Assembly: GCA_963758695.1 (NCBI GenBank)
Contig: CAVWWM010000002.1
Coordinates: forward strand, 1,651 to 65,650
Source of the DNA: an uncultured Actinomycetes bacterium
GTDB taxonomy: Bacteria; Actinomycetota; Acidimicrobiia; Spongiisociales; DATADW01
Direction: 5' to 3'
DNA length: 64,000 nucleotides
Position 1 is the stretch's first letter; every line of letters starts with the position of its first letter. Positions 31,700 to 41,960 of the stretch are shown here, one piece after another. A model generated the notes under the pieces. The model did not search any database and had not been told where the DNA came from. It saw only the letters and a program-made list of their open reading frames with translations. The translations under genes were made by a program, and so were the position numbers.

Positions 31700-32806
31700 T
31701 CAGTCAGATGGGTAGCTGAGCCGGGCCCACCCGATCCGACTATCGGCCATGCCGTAGAAGACGTCCGCCCGACCCTCGCCCCGGTCGTCGATCCCGGTGG
31801 GGAAGACGACATTGGGAACGATCCCTTCCTGTTCCTCGGTGGTCTCCGCCTCGAGCAGAGGCTCGGTGGAGCGGTAGAGGAGCCTGGTGACGTCCTCGCT
31901 GTCGTGGACCATCACCCCTGCGGCGTAATGAAGCCGTTGCTGCTGGTCCTTGCCCGGTTCGTAGATGCCGGTGACTCCGTGGTACAGCGTGAGCCAGCCG
32001 CCGGGGGTGCGGATCGGTGGTGTGCCGCCGCCGATCTTGATCAACTCCCATGGCTGCTCGCTGGTGGCCACCTGTCGGTGTTGGCCCACCCTGACCAGGT
32101 TGGCGACGTCCTCCCCGACACGTTCAGCGTCGGCGAAGGACACCCAGATGCCGGGCCGGGGGTCGGCGACCCCGGTGGGCGGGGCCGAGTAACCGAGCAG
32201 GCTGTGCTCGGACAAATCCCAGTCCGGTCGGTGGATGACGGCGTAGGCGGAGGATCCGTCTGGCGCTATGACCGGCTCGGGAAACCACATGGCGTCCTTG
32301 TTGGCGTATAGACCGATATCGGTCCCCAGGGCCGGCTCGTAATCGAAGCGGAGCGGCCCGAGACGCTCCCAGTGCTCCAGGTCGGCGGAGATCGCCAGGC
32401 CGATTCGAGGACCGAGCGGCCCGTAGGCGGTGTAGGTCATCACGTACCGGTCGAGGGTGGTGATCCAGGTGATCCGAGGGTCCTCGACCCCGGCGGTCCG
32501 CGAGTTGATCTCCCAGATCTCGGTGGGCTCGAGCACGATGCTCAGCGGATCTGTCCCTACCGGTTCACCCGAGGCGCCGAAGCAGACTTTGGCGCGCCCA
32601 ATCCGGGAGAAGTTCTGCTCGGCTACAAGACGTGGGAAGAGCCAGAGGTCGCCTTGGCGATCTCTGGCGGCAGCCGGGTTGAGGACCCCCCATTGCTGGA
32701 TCGGATCGTCGGCGACCGGGTGCATCAATACGCTTTGCCGCTCCAGCCGGTATCCCCGGTCCTCGCGGGAAGCGCATTGCCCGGTGGCGTCGGCCGGCGT
32801 GCTCAA
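31700..32806 (-). CDS. GH130 family glycoside phosphorylase/hydrolase (beta-mannoside type)
   Basis: GVLNPAA, VEDPRITW, YTAYGP and FYGMADSRIG motifs of the DUF377/GH130 five-bladed propeller. Confidence 0.8.
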   Translation of the reverse strand: MSTPADATGQCASREDRGYRLERQSVLMHPVADDPIQQWGVLNPAAARDRQGDLWLFPRLVAEQNFSRIGRAKVCFGASGEPVGTDPLSIVLEPTEIWEINSRTAGVEDPRITWITTLDRYVMTYTAYGPLGPRIGLAISADLEHWERLGPLRFDYEPALGTDIGLYANKDAMWFPEPVIAPDGSSAYAVIHRPDWDLSEHSLLGYSAPPTGVADPRPGIWVSFADAERVGEDVANLVRVGQHRQVATSEQPWELIKIGGGTPPIRTPGGWLTLYHGVTGIYEPGKDQQQRLHYAAGVMVHDSEDVTRLLYRSTEPLLEAETTEEQEGIVPNVVFPTGIDDRGEGRADVFYGMADSRIGWARLSYPSD

Positions 32807-33738
32807 CCCTTGACGCCCGCTCCCAGGTCCGACGCCTGGAAGTACCGCTGGAACACCAGGAAGAGGACGACAACCGGGATGGCCAGCACGGTCGCTCCCG
32901 CCAGGATGGCACCAATCGGGTTGGCGGTGCTGCCGGCGACCGTGGAGATGAAGTTGGCCAGTGCCACCGCCAAGGGCTGCAGGTTTGCCTGCTTGGTGAT
33001 GAGGAACGGCCAGAGGAACTCGTTCCAGGGCCCGATGAATGTGACTAGGACGGCGGTGAGGATCGCAGGTCGGGCGATGGGGACTGCCACTCGGAGCAGG
33101 ATGCGCAGCTCGCCGGCGCCATCGACCCGGGCGGCGTCGAACAGGCTCTGGGGGACCGCCAGGAAGAACTGGCGGAAGATGAACACCGCAGTGGCGTTCA
33201 CCGCGAAGGGGAGGATCATCCCGAGGAAGGTGTCGGCGAGTCCAAAGGCGCGCACGATCATCACGAACAAGGGGATCATGAGGAGCTGAAACGGGAGTAT
33301 CAGGCTGAGAAGGACGATCCCGAAGATCGCCCCTCGACCACGGAAGTTCAAGACGGCGAGGGCATAGCCGGCGAGCATCCCGAGAACGAGGGTGGAAATG
33401 ATGACGCCCAGGGTGAAGATCAGCGAGTTCCTCAGTGTCACCAACAGATCGAGGCGTTCGTTTATGGCGATGAAGTTGTCGACGGTGAGGGTGCTCGGAT
33501 CGGGAAAGGCACCAGCGACCGTGGGGTCGGGCTGTGCCTGAAACGCGCCGACCACCATGTACCAGAAGGGAAAAAGGAAGACGAGCGCTCCGATGAGGAG
33601 CAATACCAGGCTTAGGACGCGGCCGGCGGTGAGGCGTTTGCCGCGGGCGGCAGAGTCTGCGGTGGTCGTCTCTCGGCCGCCATCACCGGCGACTTCGGTT
33701 CTGGTCTTGGCAGGATCGTCGGCCGGACCAACCATCAC
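32803..33738 (-). CDS. carbohydrate ABC transporter permease
   Basis: Six hydrophobic segments and the EAA-type loop LFDAARVDGAGELRILLRVAVP. 4-nt overlaps with both neighbours. Confidence 0.9.
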   Translation of the reverse strand: MMVGPADDPAKTRTEVAGDGGRETTTADSAARGKRLTAGRVLSLVLLLIGALVFLFPFWYMVVGAFQAQPDPTVAGAFPDPSTLTVDNFIAINERLDLLVTLRNSLIFTLGVIISTLVLGMLAGYALAVLNFRGRGAIFGIVLLSLILPFQLLMIPLFVMIVRAFGLADTFLGMILPFAVNATAVFIFRQFFLAVPQSLFDAARVDGAGELRILLRVAVPIARPAILTAVLVTFIGPWNEFLWPFLITKQANLQPLAVALANFISTVAGSTANPIGAILAGATVLAIPVVVLFLVFQRYFQASDLGAGVKG

Positions 33739-34667
33739 TCCCGCCCCTGCACCCTGTAGAGGATGGCCGACACGGTCATGACCAATGCGGCGAGCATCAC
33801 ACCGATAGCAGCGCCAATCCCAGCGTTCCCCTGTTCGATCCCCTTTTGGTACATCAAGAGCACCGGCGACATGGACGCCCCGTTTGGCCCACCGCCACCT
33901 GTGAGTAGGTAGGGCTCGGTGAAGAAGTTGGCCCCCACGATGAACGCCACTATCACCACCAAGGTTGTGGTTTGCTGCACGCCAGGAACGGTCACCGAGC
34001 GGAACTTATGAATCGTCCCGGCGCCGTCGATGTCGGCGGCCTCGTACAGTTCGTGGGGGATGTTCTGCATCGCGGCCAGGTAGAGGAGGACGTAGAAGCC
34101 GAGCTGTTTCCACGTGGCGAAAAGGGCGATGATGGGCATCGCCCAGAACCGGTTGACCAGCCAGGATGGATCCGGAGCGAGCGGTCCCAGGACCTGGTTG
34201 ACGATCCCGTTGATCGAGAACATGTACATCCACACCGAGATCAGCGCCACGCTCGCCGCAACGTATGGCACGAAGTAGGACGCCCTGAAGAAGGCGCGTA
34301 GTGGCAGGGCCTGGTTCAGCGCCGCGGCGAGAACCAGGCCCAGGAGCACCGTCAGCGGGACGTTGATCACCACGAAAATGACAACGTTGAGCGCGGCTCG
34401 CTGCGCCACGGGGTCGGCGAGCACGGTGGCGAAGTTCTCGAAACCCACGAAGGGCCGCTCGACCACGGCTCCCGGTGCGGCAAAGAAGTAGTCGTGGAAC
34501 GAGATGTAGACCGCGAACACGAGTGGGAAGGCGAACAGGGCCAACCAGAAGAGGAAGTAGGGAGCTGCGAAGGCATACCCGATGGGGTGCTCGCCGAAGA
34601 TTCGCTTCTTCAGCGGCTGCCGATTGGCGGTTGCCGCCAACGCCGCGGTCGTGGTCTCTTGGCTCAC
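33735..34667 (-). CDS. carbohydrate ABC transporter permease
   Basis: EAA-type loop LYEAADIDGAGTIHKFRSVTVP. 4-nt overlaps with both neighbours. Confidence 0.9.
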   Translation of the reverse strand: MSQETTTAALAATANRQPLKKRIFGEHPIGYAFAAPYFLFWLALFAFPLVFAVYISFHDYFFAAPGAVVERPFVGFENFATVLADPVAQRAALNVVIFVVINVPLTVLLGLVLAAALNQALPLRAFFRASYFVPYVAASVALISVWMYMFSINGIVNQVLGPLAPDPSWLVNRFWAMPIIALFATWKQLGFYVLLYLAAMQNIPHELYEAADIDGAGTIHKFRSVTVPGVQQTTTLVVIVAFIVGANFFTEPYLLTGGGGPNGASMSPVLLMYQKGIEQGNAGIGAAIGVMLAALVMTVSAILYRVQGRE

Positions 34668-35983
34668 TCGCTGGCGAGTTCGGTGATGCTGTCTGCCGCC
34701 TCCTGAAAGGCGGTGTCGATCTCTTCGTCACCGAAGATCACCGACGCAGACCAGGCGTCGCGGAACGTCTGCCACACCTCGACCGAGTTCGGAATCGAGG
34801 GAACCTCGATGACTCGCTCCACCTGTTCGGCGAATGGTAGGAAGCCGGGGTTCTCCTCGAAGAAGTCGGCATAGAGGTCGGTGATTCCGGGCCGGAAAGG
34901 CATCTGCCCGGTCATCTCGAGCAGTTGCCTGTCCGCCTCCTCGCTCATGGTGAACTTGAGGAACTCCCAGGCCGTCCCCCGGTTCTCACAACTGGTGTAG
35001 AGCCCGACCGACTTCCCATCGGCGAAGGTGGACAGGTCTTCGGCAGCAGTCCCCCCCGACGTTGGCGGCGGGACCACAGCCCAATCAACGTCGGTGTACA
35101 CCGCCACCGCCCACGGCCCGGCAGAGTTCATCGCAGCGATACCGTCGGCGAAGGCGTCGCCCTGGTATTCCTCCCGGGGGACGAGTCCATCTTCGTACAA
35201 CTGGCGCCACACCTCGGCGATCGCCTTGCCCTCATCGGTGTTGAACTGTGCTTCTCCGTCAGCCACCAGCAACTGTCCGGTCTCGGCGGCGAACCATGGG
35301 TAGAAGTCGAACCAGGACTGGAAGAACTGCGATGTCGGAGCCGGGTAGATTGCGGCCTCAGCGACACCGGAATCGACGAGGGTCTGGGCGGTTGCGGCGA
35401 ACTCCTCGTAGGTACCGAGCGGTGGGTTCTCCGTGTCGAGCCCTGCTTCTTCGAACATCGCCGTGTTGAAGAGGATCATCACCGGGTTGGTCTTCCACGG
35501 CATCTGGTAGTAATTGCCATCTGGCGACTGATACTGGGCGGCTGCCTCACCACTCCGCTCCTCGATGAACGACGCCCCGTCTTCGAATTCGTTCAGCGCC
35601 ACCAGGCCCTGCTGCTGCAGGAAGGCGGGCACCGCCGCAGGGGCGGTGTTGTATATAAGGCACGGCGTGTTGCCGGCGGTGATCGAGGCGGCGATGACTG
35701 CCTCAGAGGTCTCACCCGCCGGGATCTCTTGACCGGTGACCTCTTCTTCGGGGTGCTCGGCGTTCCAGGCCTCGATCTGGGCCGTGGCCCACTCGATCTC
35801 CTGGGCGTTGTTCGAGTACCAAATGGTGATGGGGCCGGTGGCCTCGCCCCCGGCGCCTGCTGTCGTGCCGGTGTCGCCTCCGGTGCCTCCCGTTGTGGTG
35901 GCGGTGCCTCCGCCGTCTCCGCAGGCAGCGACGAGGACCACAAGAACTGCAAGGATCATCGAAATAGAGCGGGCTCGGGTCAT
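34664..35983 (-). CDS. extracellular sugar-binding lipoprotein of the ABC transporter
   Basis: Lipobox ILAVLVVLVAACGDGG, Thr/Gly linker, then a type-1 periplasmic binding protein-like sequence. Confidence 0.85.
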   Translation of the reverse strand: MTRARSISMILAVLVVLVAACGDGGGTATTTGGTGGDTGTTAGAGGEATGPITIWYSNNAQEIEWATAQIEAWNAEHPEEEVTGQEIPAGETSEAVIAASITAGNTPCLIYNTAPAAVPAFLQQQGLVALNEFEDGASFIEERSGEAAAQYQSPDGNYYQMPWKTNPVMILFNTAMFEEAGLDTENPPLGTYEEFAATAQTLVDSGVAEAAIYPAPTSQFFQSWFDFYPWFAAETGQLLVADGEAQFNTDEGKAIAEVWRQLYEDGLVPREEYQGDAFADGIAAMNSAGPWAVAVYTDVDWAVVPPPTSGGTAAEDLSTFADGKSVGLYTSCENRGTAWEFLKFTMSEEADRQLLEMTGQMPFRPGITDLYADFFEENPGFLPFAEQVERVIEVPSIPNSVEVWQTFRDAWSASVIFGDEEIDTAFQEAADSITELASE

Positions 35984-36114
35984 GGCCTATCTCCCCTTCT
36001 GTCCGGCGTCGGTGTTGCTTTTGGCTCGGCTGGTGTTTGCGTCCTCGTTTCGGGGTATGAAACCCTTTCGGATGCGGTCCGTCAAACCTCGGACCGCTCC
36101 GGAAAGGGGTTCCC

Positions 36115-38152
36115 ATGAACCGTACTCGTCGAGCCGTTGCCATAGTCATCGGCTTCCTCTTGGTGGCGGGGCTGTCGCCGGCCACTGCTTTCGCCCAGTC
36201 CGACCCGCTCACCAATCTCGATCACCTCGATTTCCTTGGCGATCGGGTTGTACCCCCGGAACAGGAAGGTCACACCACCTATCAGCTGGATGTCGATCCA
36301 TCGATCGGTGTGCTCTGGACATACGCCGAGCCGGGTCCCGATGGCGAGTACCGGCGGCTCGGCGGTGGGGTCTACGACCCCGAGACAGACACCTATGGCC
36401 AGGGCGCCTTCAACGCAGATGACATCTCGCGCGCCGCCGTGGTGTACGTGAGGCATTGGATGCAATTCGGCGACGACCACAGCCGCAACCAGGCCTATGA
36501 GTTGCTGCGCGGGCTCACCTTTCTGCAGACGGTGAGCGGGGAGAACCGGGGCAACGTGGTGCTCTGGATGCAGCCGGACGGCACCCTCAACCCGAGCGCC
36601 GACCCTCCGGAGCTTCCCGACCCCTCCGACTCGGGAGCTTCGTACTGGCTGGCGCGCACCATATGGGCGCTGGGCGAGGGTTACCGGGCGTTCCGGGACG
36701 CCGATCCGGACTTTCGCCGAGTTCCTGCGGCAGCGACTCGAGCTTGCCATCGACGCCGTGGATCGCCAGGTCCTCACCCCCAAGTACGGCGAGATGCAGA
36801 CGGTAGACGGGTTGCAGTGGCCCTCATGGCTGATCGTCGATGGCGCCGACGCCTCCTCCGAGGCGATATACGGCCTCTCCGCCTATCAGAGCGCCGGTGG
36901 CAGTCCCGCCGGACTTCTTGCCTTGCAGCACTCGGGAACGGGGTTGCCCTGATGCAACTCGGCTCAGTCGGGCGATGGCCGTATCGGGCGATCATGCCCT
37001 GGGCCCAGTCGCGATCGGTATGGCACGCCTGGGGAGACCAGATGTCAGGAGCGTTGGCCACCGCCGGCGCCACCCTCGGGAATCCGGGTGGGTCACGGTT
37101 GCGATGCGGGAGGTCGGGAGCTTCACGCCTCACCTGCTCGTCCAAGGTGGCCCGGAGAACGGCTGGCTACCGGCGCCGGCCGAACGCACCCAAATCGCCT
37201 ACGGCGCCGATGCCACCCTGCAGAACCTGGTTCGCACCGGCGAGGCGAGCGGGCGAAGCGGCTTCCTCGACTTGGCCGGTATCGCCGCCGCCTGGTACTT
37301 CGGCAACAACCCGGCGGCCGAGCCGATGTACGACCCCGAAACCGGCCGCACCTACGACGGCATCAACCCCGATGGTGTGATCAACCGCAACTCGGGCGCC
37401 GAGTCAACCATCCACGGCCTGCTCTCCATGCTTCTGCTGGACGAACATCCCGATATCGCGGCCCGGGCTCTGATCGCCGGGCGAACCGACCAGGTCACCT
37501 GGGAAATGGTCGAGGCCGAGAGCGGTGAGCTGTCCGGAGCCGCCGAGGTGGTGACGCCTCCGTCCGCCTGGACCGGCGAGAGCTTGTGGTCGGGCGGCGC
37601 CTACGTCGTCGCTCGCCTCGGGCGGGTCGGTGGACGTTGCCGTGGAGCCTCCCCACCCGCGATCGGTACTGGGTCTTCGGGGTCTCCGAGCGTCAGCAGA
37701 TCCCTCTTCGTGCGGTGGAGATCGTCTACGAACTGGACGGGGTCGCCGCCGGGCGTCAGCCCCAGGGCGGTGCCGGTCCCCAAGGGATCACCCCCACCCC
37801 GGGGTACCTCGGAGTGGGGCAGTCGCACGCCAGGACGACCGTGGAGGCGGGTTCCGGCGTGGTCACCGCTGCCTTTTCAGGACGGCGTGGCGAGGCGCGC
37901 TTGGACGCGGTGCTCCTCCAGCCTGAGATCGAGTGGTTGGTCCTCGGGGGGGATGGCGGGCATCAGGGAGTGCTTCGCAGCTTCAGCGACCGGCTACGTC
38001 ACCAGCGAGTCGAGATGGGGGACGGCGGCCAACCCGAGGCCCGCGCCTACAACGACCTGGGTGTTCTGGTGCGCACCGTGCGCGGCCGCAGCGGTGTGGT
38101 GGTGGCGCCGGTCCTGCCCGGTGGTTTCACGGTGGTCACTTCGGTTCCCTAA
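36115..38152 (+). pseudogene. secreted protein of unknown function (possible glycan-active enzyme), at least four frame changes (~36713, ~36930, ~37085, ~37615)
   Basis: Signal peptide MNRTRRAVAIVIGFLLVAGLSPATAFA. Sensible sequence hops between ORFs 36115.., 36758..36952, 36840..38180 and 37586..38152. Divergent from the sugar operon. Confidence 0.5.
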
Positions 38153-38237
38153 TTTCGGGGCCTCGCAGGCGGGTCGATGACTTTGGTCCTTCGCGTCCGT
38201 CTGATGGGATGGGGTATGACACACCGGAGGAGGAATC

Positions 38238-38852
38238 ATGAGGAAGATCAAAGCCGGGCTCTTCATCGCGCTCGATGGAGTGGTTGAAGCACCCGACCAG
38301 TGGCACTTCCCCTACTACAACGACGAGATGGGCAAGGCCGTGGATTCCACGCTCGGCAAGGGCGACACGATGTTGTTCGGGCGCAAGACCTACGACAGCT
38401 TCGCCGGGGCGTGGCCCGAGCGGGAGGCCGCCGGCGAGGAGGACGCCCACTTCGCCAAGGTGCTCGGAGACATTCGCAAGATCGTGGCATCGAACCAGAA
38501 ACTCGAGTTCACCTGGCGTAACTCGGAGCAGCTCGAAGGCGACCTCGTCGAGTTCGTCACCGCCCTCAAGAACGAGCCGGGTGGCGACATCACCATGAGC
38601 GGCTCGGTCTCGGTGGTTCGCCAACTGCTCGCCGCGGGACTTCTCGACGAGCTGCACTTGTTGGTTCACCCCATCGCGGTTCGTAAGGGCATGACATTGT
38701 TCGAAGAGGGCGAGACCCCGATCCCGTTGAAGCTGATCTCGTCCGAGGCATTCGGGACCGGCGTGCTGAACCTCGTATACGCCCCCGACGAATCACCGCC
38801 GGAGGGCACCTACGAGGACGCCAAGGCTCAGTTGCCCCAGGTCGAGGAATAG
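38238..38852 (+). CDS. dihydrofolate reductase-like (RibD C-terminal domain) family protein
   Basis: MRKIKAGLFIALDGVVE..., LFGRKTYDSF and ITMSGSVSVVRQLL...DELHLLVHP. GGAGGAGG RBS. Confidence 0.8.
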   Translation: MRKIKAGLFIALDGVVEAPDQWHFPYYNDEMGKAVDSTLGKGDTMLFGRKTYDSFAGAWPEREAAGEEDAHFAKVLGDIRKIVASNQKLEFTWRNSEQLEGDLVEFVTALKNEPGGDITMSGSVSVVRQLLAAGLLDELHLLVHPIAVRKGMTLFEEGETPIPLKLISSEAFGTGVLNLVYAPDESPPEGTYEDAKAQLPQVEE

Positions 38853-38996
38853 CGGAGCGGCTTGGAACCACCGCAGTCGCTTTCCCTAGCGATCACGCCG
38901 GCTTCCTCGGCGGCGAGTTCGGCCAAACAGGCGACCCAGACGCCTTCGCCGCCACCTTGCGTCAGGTACTCGACGAGGAGTGACCGACCGGCGGGT

Positions 38997-39407
38997 CTAA
39001 GAAGCTGGCGCGCCTCCGACAAGGCGAGACAAGAGGTCCCCCCACCACAGGCCGAGCACGGCGGAGGCGACCTCGCTCGGCTCGAGACCCTTCCGGATAT
39101 GGCTGACCGTCACTCGGGTCGCAGCGGCTTCCGGCTCGAACCGGATCTCGACGGTGTCGCCCGGTTGGGCGTGCGGTCCCTCCCAGGCGAGTTCGATCCG
39201 ATCTGGCTTGTCGATCGCTGAGACGGTGGCCAGGACCTTCGCCCCATCGCTGGTCGCTTCGACCAGTCGGTCTCCTTCGAAGCGGATGATCGAATCAGGA
39301 GTGCGGTCGCGCACCCACCAGCGGTCGATACCGTCGACGAACAGGGCGTAGGCGCGCTCCACCGGTACTGGTACCAGGCAGGTGACGTTGACCGTTCCCT
39401 CAGCCAT
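38997..39407 (-). CDS. SRPBCC/AHSA1-like domain protein
   Basis: 136-aa ORF. VERAYALFVDGIDRWW and the TVEIRFEPE...TRVTVSH pattern. 8-nt overlap with the upstream ArsR gene. Confidence 0.7.
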   Translation of the reverse strand: MAEGTVNVTCLVPVPVERAYALFVDGIDRWWVRDRTPDSIIRFEGDRLVEATSDGAKVLATVSAIDKPDRIELAWEGPHAQPGDTVEIRFEPEAAATRVTVSHIRKGLEPSEVASAVLGLWWGDLLSRLVGGAPAS

Positions 39408-39735
39408 CGGCCACCTCTGCGGCGTGCTTTGCGTAGGCGGTGAGTTGTTCGCTCCAGAACCGGGTCACCTCATCCGACCATTCGCTGAGTTGCCGGAGAG
39501 GCTCCGGCCGAATGGTGTAGATGTGACGGCGGGTGTCTGCTGGGTCGAGATCGACCTGGACCAGACCGGCCCGGCGCAGTGACCTGAGGTGCCCGGTCAG
39601 CGCCGCTCGGCTCACACCGATGCGGGTGGCGATCTCGCTCGGGGTCAACGGACCATCCGCCAGCACCTCCATGGCCTCCCGCCTTGTGGCGTCGGCCAAA
39701 GCGACGAGGGTTGCGTCGATGGCTGCGGAGGTCAT
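39400..39735 (-). CDS. ArsR/SmtB family transcriptional regulator
   Basis: LADATRREAMEVLADGPLTPSEIATRIGVSRAALTGHLRSLRRAGLV winged-helix HTH. ATG at 39735 overlaps the upstream stop (ATGA). Confidence 0.85.
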   Translation of the reverse strand: MTSAAIDATLVALADATRREAMEVLADGPLTPSEIATRIGVSRAALTGHLRSLRRAGLVQVDLDPADTRRHIYTIRPEPLRQLSEWSDEVTRFWSEQLTAYAKHAAEVADG

Positions 39736-40112
39736 GTCTCGGAGGCGAAGTACCAGCGATGACCCTCGGGGTCGACCGCACGGTAGGTGCGATAGCCGTA
39801 ATCCTGGTCGGCCGGTTCGCCGAGCACGATGGCCCCTGCCGTCCGCGCCCGCTCGTAGTGCCCATCGATGTCGTCGATCTGGCACCACACCTGGCTGTGG
39901 ACACCCCCCAACTCGTGCGGCGTGGAGAAACCTCCATCCCGCCAGACCGATGACAGCGCGATCACCGCGCCGTCGAGAGCCATTTCGCAATGGGCGACGG
40001 TGCCGTCGTCCCCGTCCATCCGGAACGTCTCCTCGAAACCGAAAGCGTCGTGCAGAAAGTCGATCGCTGCGGGCGCATCGGCGTAGTCCAACATCGGCAT
40101 CAACTGCGCCAT
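39732..40112 (-). CDS. VOC (glyoxalase/bleomycin-resistance) family protein
   Basis: 126-aa ORF. DAPAAIDFLHDAFGFEE...HCEM...YGYRTYRAVDPEGHRWYF. Confidence 0.8.
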   Translation of the reverse strand: MAQLMPMLDYADAPAAIDFLHDAFGFEETFRMDGDDGTVAHCEMALDGAVIALSSVWRDGGFSTPHELGGVHSQVWCQIDDIDGHYERARTAGAIVLGEPADQDYGYRTYRAVDPEGHRWYFASET

Positions 40113-40174
40113 CTCGTACCTCCTGGCTGCCCAGCTTAATCAACGAGCCAGTTGATAGTCAAGCAAGCCCTTGA

Positions 40175-41446
40175 CTAATGCCAGTCGGCCATGTGATCCG
40201 CCTGCGTGGGTAGGTAGGCACCAGGACCGAAGTGCTCGTCGTAGAACTCGAGGTCGAGGTGGTGCGCCTGCAGATAGGTGAGGCAGAACAGGCTGGGTAC
40301 GGTCCCCGGGAACTTGCCATAGCGGTCGAGGATGTACTGCGCCTGGAGGGCGACGCACGCCTTGAACTCGTCGGAGTGGACCTCGGCGGCACCCCTCACC
40401 CGGGCGCTCTCCTTCCAGGCACCGGGCGTCCCGGGGTGGAATGGCCCACCCGGACCGAATTTCCTCTGGGCGAACGCCTCCACCGCAGTCGCCATCTCCG
40501 GATAGTGCGGCGGGCAGTAGGCGGCGAAGACCCCGTCCTGGCCTGTCGGGTTGGGGAGGGCCCAGCGCTCGTCGGTGTCATATCGGAAGCCGAGACCGGG
40601 GATCGCCGGGTCACCGCTGGCCCCGAGAACGGTGTACCGATCGATCCCATCGAACATCCACCCGCCCAGTCCTATCGCCTGGAGTATCAGCATCCCGGCG
40701 TAGCACGAGGTGGTTAGCTCGGCGGTGGCCTCGGTGAGGGCGTACTGCTCGAGAAAGGACAGGGGGAAGGGCTCGTCTATGTCGACCAGATTGCGGAACT
40801 GCTCCATCCCCGCGACGCGGTCCCCGCTGACATCGTCGGTCATCGAGTAGCCGTTCTGGGTGATGAAGCAGAGGATTGCGATCATCGTCTGGGCTACGTC
40901 CGCTACCGGTATCAACAGGAGGCTGCCCGGGCGGTTGACACACCAGGTGTTGTGTCCCTCCATGTACGGCTCCTCGGGCGGGATGTTGAGCCGACCGTCG
41001 GCGAGCTTGCGGATCCTCGACCGGTGAACCTCGATGACCTGCTCGATGTCGACCGGGTCGCCCGGTTCCCGCTCGACGAGCTTGGGAGCGTCGCGGGTCT
41101 CGAATAGATAGACACCCTCGTCGTCGGTGAAGAACACCTCAGATGTGTGGAACCCCGCCGCCGAGGGGAAGGTGCGTCCACCGGCGGCACCGGAGTAGTT
41201 GGCCAGATTCGGGGCGTAGGTGGCGTTGCGAGTAATGGCGTAGTGCCACCCGGTGTTCCCCGCCGCCGATGTGAGAACGAGCATCTTCTCAAGATCGGTC
41301 AACGGGAGCGGCGGATGTGCCGACTTGTGAGCCAGCGGACCGTCGGGGATCTCGGAGCCGAGGGAGAAGCGACGCGCCCGCCGGCCGTGGATCGCCTCGA
41401 TCAGGGGGAAAGTCATCGCCTTGTCCAGCCCTTTCGGCCCTGCCAT
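40175..41446 (-). CDS. conserved hypothetical, possibly a long nitroreductase-fold protein
   Basis: Likely ATG at 41446 (MAGPKGLD...). The N-terminal IEAIHGRRARRF resembles the nitroreductase RRSxRxF motif. The remainder is not recognised. Confidence 0.35.
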   Translation of the reverse strand: MAGPKGLDKAMTFPLIEAIHGRRARRFSLGSEIPDGPLAHKSAHPPLPLTDLEKMLVLTSAAGNTGWHYAITRNATYAPNLANYSGAAGGRTFPSAAGFHTSEVFFTDDEGVYLFETRDAPKLVEREPGDPVDIEQVIEVHRSRIRKLADGRLNIPPEEPYMEGHNTWCVNRPGSLLLIPVADVAQTMIAILCFITQNGYSMTDDVSGDRVAGMEQFRNLVDIDEPFPLSFLEQYALTEATAELTTSCYAGMLILQAIGLGGWMFDGIDRYTVLGASGDPAIPGLGFRYDTDERWALPNPTGQDGVFAAYCPPHYPEMATAVEAFAQRKFGPGGPFHPGTPGAWKESARVRGAAEVHSDEFKACVALQAQYILDRYGKFPGTVPSLFCLTYLQAHHLDLEFYDEHFGPGAYLPTQADHMADWH

Positions 41447-41520
41447 GTCCGAACCTCCTCTACGACGACTGGGAGAACCTAGGCCCCGCCGTTCGAAGGA
41501 GGCCCGGGTACGATCGAGAG

Positions 41521-41892
41521 ATGGGTGATGCCCGCATCCGGCCACGACTTGTGGTCGCCGACGCCGTCAGGGCGATCGATTGGTATGTCGCCGCGCTAGC
41601 AGCACGGGAAGTAGCTCGCTTCGAAGGACCAGACGGCAAGGTGGTCCACGCCGAGCTCGAGGTCGGGCCGGCCGGGTTCACACTTAAGGATGAGGACGAG
41701 GTCGACCGCTCGCCGCACTCGGGCGGCGGTGCCGCCTTACTCGACCTCGAGGTCGATGACGTCGACGCCCTGGCGGAGCGGATGCTCGCCGGGGACGCCA
41801 CCGTGGTGTTCCCGGTGGAGGATCGCGATTACGGGCGAAGCGGGCGGCTGGTCGATCCCTTTGGGCACGCCTGGATCATCACCGGGCGCTGA
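41521..41892 (+). CDS. VOC (glyoxalase/PhnB-like) family protein
   Basis: MGDARIRPRLVVADAVRAIDWY...HAELEVG...YGRSGRLVDPFGHAWII. Confidence 0.75.
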   Translation: MGDARIRPRLVVADAVRAIDWYVAALAAREVARFEGPDGKVVHAELEVGPAGFTLKDEDEVDRSPHSGGGAALLDLEVDDVDALAERMLAGDATVVFPVEDRDYGRSGRLVDPFGHAWIITGR

Positions 41893-41960
41893 GCTTCCCC
41901 GGTTGAAACCTCGAACCAAGCGCCTCGCCGGTTCGTATTCATAGATGCCCGATACACCGG

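Noticed and set aside
34925-36118. 397-aa ORF on the plus strand
   Set aside because: Antisense to the sugar-binding lipoprotein gene, with Arg/Gly/Leu-rich shadow composition.
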